The translations under genes and the position numbers were made by a program. From Fonticula alba ATCC 38817 (lineage: Eukaryota > Protista > Nucleariida), in the NCBI GenBank assembly GCA_000388065.2, contig KB932203.1: DNA of 15,075 nt, one strand, 5' to 3'. Each line of letters opens with the position of its first letter. The stretch's first letter is position 1. Positions 8,786 to 15,075 of the stretch are shown piece after piece. The notes beneath the pieces are model-generated. The model searched no databases and was not told the DNA's origin. It worked only from the letters and a program-made list of their open reading frames with translations.

Positions 8786-10483
8786 ATGAATCACGGCCAA
8801 CCGTCGCTACCTCTGGCCCCCTCCTCTCAGACACATGGGTTTTCCCAGCATCACCACCTCCAGCACCCATCCCACATGCTCTCCTCCCACCATTACCCGC
8901 ATGCCGCGCACCCGCATGCCGCGCACCCGCATGCCGCGCACCCGCATGCCGCACATCCGCATGCCGCACATCCGATGCTGATGGGCGCGCACTCGGGCCC
9001 GGGAGCCCCCGGAGCCGGCGGTATGCAGTTCATGTCTGGAGGGCCGCTGCTTTTGCCTGCCGGCTCGCACGATGCCTCGGGTCTGTCCCAGTCGACCGCT
9101 GTCCCGGCGCCGATGGCCAAGCAGCAGCCCGGCATCCTGGTCACCGGTGCCAACACTTCTACCTCGGCGGCGGCGGCCGCCGCCTCATCGGTCGCCCCGC
9201 CGCAGGGCATCCTGGTGTCTGGCCAGCAGAATGTCCTGTCTGGTGCTGGCACCGGCGGTGCTCCCCTGCTCCATGTCCAGCAGCCAACCCAGGCCAGTAC
9301 GTGTATATCCAGCTCTTCCCACGCCCGTGGCGCCATGTCCTCCTGTCTTTTTTCCCCCTCCTCACACACACACACGCCCTGTTGTCCCACCCGCGCACCC
9401 CTCTTCAATTTCTCCACTTTTCCCAGTCGAGGTCGACCACCCGAAGAAGCCCATCATCATCGATGTCTGGTGTGACAACCTGGTTGAGGAGATGGCCAAT
9501 CTCCGCAACCTCATCGATGACTATCCCTTCATCACCATTGTGCGTGCTCTCTCCCCCTTTTTGTGGGAATTCTGCTGGTCGCTCCTCCCCTCCCCCGCCC
9601 CTTCCCCCCAGGGCTTCCTTTTTTCGATTGCTAATTCCCTTTCTTCCTTTTGGCTCTTCCCCATGCTGCTCCCTCCCCCCCTCCCTCTCTCTCTCTCTCT
9701 CTCTCTNNNNNNNNNNNNNNNNNNNNNNNNNNNNNNNNNNNNNNNNNNNNNNNNNNNNNNNNNNNNNNNNNNNNNNNNNNNNNNNNNNNNNNNNNNNNNN
9801 NNNNNNNNNNNNNNNNNNNNNNNNNNNNNNNNNNNNNNNNNNNNNNNNNNNNNNNNNNNNNNNNNNNNNNNNNNNNNNNNNNNNNNNNNNNNNNNNNNNN
9901 NNNNNNNNNNNNNNNNNNNNNNNNNNNNNNNNNNNNNNNNNNNNNNNNNNNNNNNNNNNNNNNNNNNNNNNNNNNNNNNNNNNNNNNNNNNNNNNNNNNN
10001 NNNNNNTCTCTCTCTCTCTCTCTCTCTCCTCTCCGTTCATCTCGGTCTGACCTTTCGTCATCACTTCCACACCCCCCCCCTTTCACACACAGGATGTATG
10101 ACTTCGGCTACCTGCTGCGTGCCCTCACGGCCCAGCAGCTGCCAGACAACGAGGCCGACTTCTTCCGCCTCATCCGCCTGTTCTTCCCCTGGATCTATGA
10201 CATCAAGTATATCATGCGGAGCGTTCGCACGGCGACTCCCATCCGTGGTGGCCTCCAGGACCTGGCCACTTACCTGCAGCTGTCGCTGGTCGGTCAGCAG
10301 CACCAGGCCGGCTCCGACAGCCTGACCACCTCACTGGCCTTCTTCGCCATCCGCAGCCGCTTCTTTGAGGATTCCCTGGAGGCCGAGAAGTTCTCCGGCC
10401 ACATCTACGGCCTTAATCTTCATGGCTCCATTGCCGCGGTCAACTCCCTCTTTGCCGGCACCAGTGGCTCGTCGATTCATTGA
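8786..10483 (+). CDS. CAF1: CAF1/POP2 (CNOT7/8) DEDDh poly(A) deadenylase of CCR4-NOT; model join(8786..9296,9427..9539,[exon(s) in gap 9707-10006],10093..10483)
   Basis: Exon 2 reads IIDVWCDNLVEEMANLRNLIDDYPFITI, matching the CAF1 N-terminal 'VW..NL.EE...IR..I..YP' motif. The last exon has YDFGYLL..LT...LP..E.DFF..IRLFFPWIYDIKY, GGLQDLA, QHQAGSDS and GHIYGL. Donors: GTACGT 9297, GTGCGT 9540. Acceptors: CAG 9426, CAG 10092 (CTGAC branch at 10047). The DTEFPG motif is not visible. The start codon is uncertain (ATG 8786 chosen). Confidence 0.93.
8894..8974 (+). repeat. 15-bp tandem repeat x5 encoding (PHAAH)n in the CAF1 N-terminal extension
   Basis: CACCCGCATGCCGCG units, degenerating to CATCCGCATGCCGCA; translation YPHAAHPHAAHPHAAHPHAAHPHAAHP. 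Confidence 0.95.
9707..10006. other. Assembly gap (300 N) inside CAF1, flanked on both sides by (CT)n
   Basis: N run located where the CAF1 DTEFPG-to-FH segment is expected. Confidence 1.
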
Positions 10484-12538
10484 TGTATGGGCTTGTCTGC
10501 GCTGCCCCCTCCCCCTCCTCTCTCTCTCCCCCCCTCCCTCCCCTTCTGCCAGCTGTGACAAGGCGCCACTGCCGTTCCCCTTTTCCTCCTCTCTCTGCGA
10601 AGAGGAAGTAGGGGCCGCCGGCCCTCACGCCCGCCTTCGCCCTCTCCTTCATGCCCCTATCTCCCGGTCGTTTTTCGCTTCGTGAGAGAGGGTGCCGTCT
10701 CCGGACCTGTCCTTGTTCTTCCTCTGCATTTCCATCCTTCACTCGACATGTGTTGCTCCTTGTTCCCCCCCCCTCTCTGTCTCCCGTGGCGACCGCTGTG
10801 CAGAAGATCAGCGCGAGCCTGGGATACGAGGCGGGGGCACAGCGCGCCTCACTCTTCCATCCTCCACCATCTGCTCCCGCCGACAGCTTCTGGCCGCTTG
10901 CCCGCTTTGTCTTCTCTCGACAAAGCCACCCGCCTTCTTCGCTTTTGCCTCTCCTCCTTCCGGTGGCGGGGAAGGCCAAGAGCGGCGGTGTCTGCCGCCG
11001 GTTGCAAGCAGTCCGCGCGCCGAGCACAGGGGGCGGGCGGGCGGGCGGGCCCCTGCTTGTGCAAGTACTGGGCCCTCCCCCCCCCCCCGCCCCTCCCCAA
11101 AACCAAAAAAACAACACCCCCTCCTGAGCCGCCATCATCATTGCAAGCGCGCACAGCGCCCGATCATATGCGCGTATTTGGGTTGGCTCTTGTGGCTGCT
11201 GACTCCGATGGGAGCTTCATCACAGTCCCCCCCCACCGCCCCCGCCTGCTCCTTTCTCCTTGGAGCCAATACCGCCACTGGTCTCGCCGGCCGGTCCGCG
11301 CTCCTGCGCCCTTTTGGCTGCTTCCCCTCTCTCTCTCTCTACTGGTCCTTGAGTTTTCCCCCTCCTCTTTCCGAGGGCACGTCTGCGCACGTCCCCCTCC
11401 CCTGGTCGGCTCTCCTCCCTCTCGTCTGTCCTGCCGCGCCGTGGCCTCCGTCACAGCGCGACGCCTCGCGCAGAATGCCATCCTCCGGTCCCCTGGTGGC
11501 CATGCTTCTTCGGTCAAAGCTGCACCATCGACATGTGCCCCCCCCCCCTCCCCCTGCCCGCGCGGGTGCCCCCTTCTGCCAGAGGTGACAGCCCTGCCGA
11601 CTCTTCCCTTGCGCTTGCGACCTGCCTTCTGCCTCTCCCCCCTCCTTCCGCAGGGACATGCTCCCGTGGGGCTGTGCGCCGGACGCGCATGTGTATGTGT
11701 GCCTCTGTCTCCATCATCGCCTAGTGTCCTGGTGGTTTCGCACGCGCCATGTCACACATGCGCGCTTCCGCGCCCGCGCTCTCCACGCTGGAGCACCACC
11801 TGCTCGTCTCTCTCTTCGCCCCTCTTTCAATTCCGATCTCCGCAGACGACGCGCCTTCATATTCAACTCGGCGTTGGATGGTCCCCTTGCCCCCTCCTCT
11901 ACATATTGGGGGGGGGGACCCCCCTCTCCTCCCCCCTTCTCTCTCTCTCTCTCTTCCCATCCCATCCACGCCTTGTCCGAAAGCATGCGGCCCCCTCCCC
12001 CAGGCGGCGCTTCCCGGCCATATGTATACTACGCCGCTGTCCTTTAAGCTGGCCACCTGCCTGCGCCGGGCCCGCTGCTCTCCGCTGCCATGCGCATGTG
12101 CACGCCCCCCCCCCCCACCTATGCACGCTCCGTGTGTGCACATGCCTTGGCGCTCCGCGCGCCAGCGGGCGGGATGCTGGTGTCTGATGGGGTGAGAGAG
12201 GCGCCTTGCGCGTTCTTTCCCCTCCCTTCCCCATTCGGACCTCCTTCCTCCTACTGCCGCGCACACCCGCTCTCCTCCCTCCCCCCTCACAACCAACTGT
12301 CCTTACTTGTAGCATAGCCTCTCCTTCCTGGCTCCCCTCTCCCTCTCCACATGCGGAGGACTGTGGCTGGCCCCCCCCCCTCTTCCCTCTCTCCTCTTCC
12401 CGACCTCCCTGTGCCCCTCCTTCCCGGCTTTGTTTATGACCGCGTCCCCCTCCTGCCTCGATTGTCGGAATTTCAGAATCGAAAAAGATAAAAAATGAGA
12501 AAACCCCACCTTATATCTCTCTCCCGTTGTTCTCGTGG

Positions 12539-12539
<1 letters not shown>

Positions 12540-12599
<60 letters not shown>
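12540..12599. repeat. (TG)30 microsatellite downstream of the LAMTOR1-like stop
   Basis: Perfect dinucleotide run of about 60 nt read directly. Confidence 0.95.
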
Positions 12600-12602
<3 letters not shown>

Positions 12603-12935
12603 GATGAACGTGTAAGCCCTTCTGCCTGTTGAGTAACACCAAGGGTGGGGGCATTGGACACGTTTTCCCTTTCACAGACTTGGGCTTGGGCGCGTATGGC
12701 TGGGCTCCGAAGCTGGGAGTGAAGAGGAGGAAGAAGTGGGCTCCCAGTGCATGCTTCAGTTGCGCGACACGCGTGTGTATATATTTTCAAGGGCAAGCGT
12801 AGGAGGAGGCTGGGGAGGCATGAAGAAGGGGGGGGGGGAGCACCCGCAGGATGGAACTGCCTGACTGGAGTCCATTGAGCCCTCACGCCTCTCCAACGGC
12901 CACACACACACACTGTGGGTGGGCCCCTCTCCGCA

Positions 12936-14204
12936 CTAAAATAGGTCCGGCATCTGCACCACCAAAGGCGACCCTGTCTCAACGTGCCAGAGTGCGGGGG
13001 CCGAGGTGTGATGCGCGTTTGGCGATGAGTTGGCTGCCTGGAGGATCCGGCCAATGGCATCGTCAAGCTGCAGGGGTGGGGAGAATCCGCATGTTCAAAG
13101 ATCACACACACAAGCACACACGCACGGGTTGCATCAATGGGAGGCGGGAGGCGGGAGGCGGGAGGCGGAGGCGGGGTGAGGAGGAATGAAGAGGACAGGC
13201 ATGTGGAAGGTACAGCAAGCGGCGCATTGACTTGAGGATGGGAAAGCCCATGGAGCAAACGCACGGCAATGAAGTCCATCTCGGTGGCCATGAGGTCCGA
13301 GCGAGAGGGGTCCAGCGGCGCGGCCTGCTGGGAAGTAGCCGGGGCAATGCTCAGGAAATCCGCGTCCTTGGACGGGGCAACCGAGGTGGCCAGGGCGGAG
13401 TTAAAGCGGGCCGCCAGGTCGAGACTGACGGCGATCTCAAGGAGGGCCGGCTGCCCATGCGCATGCCCATGATGCGAGTATGCCAGGCCATGCGAGTGCT
13501 GGTAGCGAACCGGTCCATGGGCCACCAAAGCATTTGGCGGGAGTGGATCGAAGCTGATCAGTGTCTGGGCCGGAGGGGCCGGCGGCTGGGGCGCCAGTGG
13601 CATGTCTTCCTGGGTTTGGACAGCTTCCATGAATTTACTTTCATCGCCGGCTAGGGTGTGAGTACAAATGACCAGCGAAGATCGCGGCGACCATGGGTGG
13701 TTCCTTCGTACTTGGATGTCTGGGCGACGAGGTTCCTCAAGAAGTCGGCATCTCCTGTCCGCCGATCGGTGTAAGATGCAGCGATGCCGTCCATGTTGGA
13801 AACCGGCGGACTGGGGCCGGTGTTCATGGGCCGCATAGTAGGGGGCGTCCATCGCAGATGTCAGAGGCGCTTCGAGGGGTGAGAGGCAGAGAGGGGGAGG
13901 GGGGGGGGAGGGACAGGGACACGGCTCAGGCGAACCGGGGCAAACGCACCGGTTTATTGAGGCCACGCCCATGGCGGTGGTCTGCGAGGCCGGGAGGCCG
14001 ACGGTGGTGCCGGATCGGGCACGCCCCCCTTCGCCCCCACCCGCATGGGCCGAGGGAGTGGTGCCTGTGTGTCGCGAGAGGCCAGTGGGAGAGCCAAGGG
14101 AAGGGGCTAATGTGGTCAGCTTCCATCAAAGGCAGAGACTGGAACAGGGCCGATGATGGTCGGGGCATTTGCGCACCCTTCTGGGTGCTCTGATTGCAGC
14201 CCAT
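12936..14204 (-). CDS. Putative LAMTOR1/p18 (Ragulator/EGO anchor)-like acylated protein; model complement(join(12936..13067,13265..13637,13712..13810,13950..14106,14177..14204)), 262 aa (alternative intron 3 gives 273 aa)
   Basis: Starts MGCNQS (Gly2 myristoylation plus Cys3 palmitoylation pattern). Intron 1 (14176-14107): GTGCGC..CTGAC..TAG. Intron 2 (13949-13811): GTGCGT..CAG. Intron 4 (13264-13068): GTGCGT..CAG. All are phase compatible. The internal DADFLRNLVAQTSNKFMEAV and C-terminal WHVETGSPLVVQMPDLF* resemble, from memory, human LAMTOR1 [21 protein letters not shown] and IRVDAKEELVVQFGIP*. Intron 3 boundaries are ambiguous. Gene existence about 0.8, LAMTOR1 identity about 0.6. Confidence 0.65.
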
Positions 14205-14488
14205 GTGGATTGAGTGTTTGCGAGTGAGGGGCGGGTGGGTGGAGAGGAGATGGAGAAAGGGAGAAGGCGAGAGGGACAGGGAGAGATAGAGAGGAGTGGA
14301 GCTGCATGTGGAGATGGGGTGTCGACGGCTTGGTCGCCTTTTCCAGCGGGGGGGCACTTTTCCTCCCTCCTCCCCGGTGCAATCGGACAGACTGGCCATG
14401 GGTGCGTCAAGGGCTGGAGAGCCATCGGTACTCCTGCCACCCATTCTCGAAGACTGCCCGGCTGGGGTGCCTACTTTGGCTCCTGGTT

Positions 14489-14539
14489 CCCCCCCCCCCC
14501 CCAGCCCCCCCCCCCCCCCCCCACCCCCCCCCCCCCCCC
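14489..14539. repeat. Near-pure poly-C tract (48 of 51 nt); poly-G on the minus strand, upstream of the LAMTOR1-like ATG
   Basis: C14-AG-C18-A-C16 read directly. Confidence 0.9.
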
Positions 14540-15075
14540 GGCCCCGGTCCCCGACGACCCCCCCGCCCCGCACCTGCCGGCCTCCCTGCCAGGGGGCTGC
14601 CAGCGCCAGGGATAGAAAGGAAGACACGGGCCCCGGCAACATCGAGCCCGACCTAGCCGCATCCCGACGGATGTGCATTGATACGCAGGAGGGGATGACA
14701 AGCGTGTGGGTGCGTGTATGTGCGTGTATGTGTGTGTCTGTGGCAAGGCCCTCTCTTGCCGGGGCGCCAGCCTTAATCCAAACAGAGGGACATCGCAAAA
14801 ATATTGGCTCAAATCTTGGAGACGCTCTTTCCGTGGGTGGCTGATCACGCCTACTCATGATCGCCTCTCCAGGCATTATTCCGGCTGCCTCGCCCGAAGT
14901 GGTCCCACCGGACGGCCCAGCATCTCGGCATGGACTTTTACTTCCTCTCCCCGGAGAGAAACGTCCTGCGAGGTGGAGGCGAGAGAGAGGCGGAGGGGCC
15001 GAGGCGGAGCCGGGGGGGGTGTGGGGGGGGGGGGCAGGGGCGCGAGGGATCGCGCGCGTATCGGCTGCCTTCCCC

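Noticed and set aside
8458-10325. ORFs 8458..10050 and 9072..10325 as independent genes
   Set aside because: They are alternative frames or intron read-through of CAF1, inflated by N codons.
10682-12187. 501-aa and 298-aa plus-strand ORFs downstream of CAF1
   Set aside because: Pro/Leu/Ser-rich translations of stop-poor C/T-rich DNA, with no coding-like codon pattern or motifs.
12473-13972. 499-aa minus-strand ORF as a single CDS
   Set aside because: It reads through introns, poly-C and the (CA)n repeat (THTHTH). Only parts belong to the spliced LAMTOR1-like model.

Overview
GC-rich eukaryotic genomic DNA from a draft assembly with three N-gaps (670-728, 7328-8166, 9707-10006). Introns are spliceosomal (GTGCGY/GTACGT donors, CTAAT/CTGAC branch sites, YAG acceptors) and poly-C/G, CA, CT and CG simple repeats are abundant. 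The style recalls the nucleariid Fonticula alba, but that is an unverified impression. Four protein genes can be reconstructed by hand: (1) a two-exon TIP41/TIPRL PP2A regulator (+, 768-2088); (2) a single-exon 906-aa low-complexity protein with a divergent BSD-like motif (-, 2378-5098); (3) a CAF1/POP2 (CNOT7/8) deadenylase with a His-repeat N-terminal extension whose first catalytic motif falls in an assembly gap (+, 8786-10483); (4) a five-exon gene that the ORF track does not show as a coherent protein, starting MGCNQS and ending ...SPLVVQMPDLF, which looks like a divergent LAMTOR1/p18 (Ego1/Meh1-like) Ragulator anchor (-, 12936-14204). I found no tRNA, rRNA, CRISPR array or mobile element. 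Notable non-coding signals are a triple CACGTG cluster, a pure (CG)15 tract and pyrimidine/purine strand-skew switches that follow transcription direction. I see no firm evidence of a wholly new biological system; the best lead is the hidden LAMTOR1-like gene.
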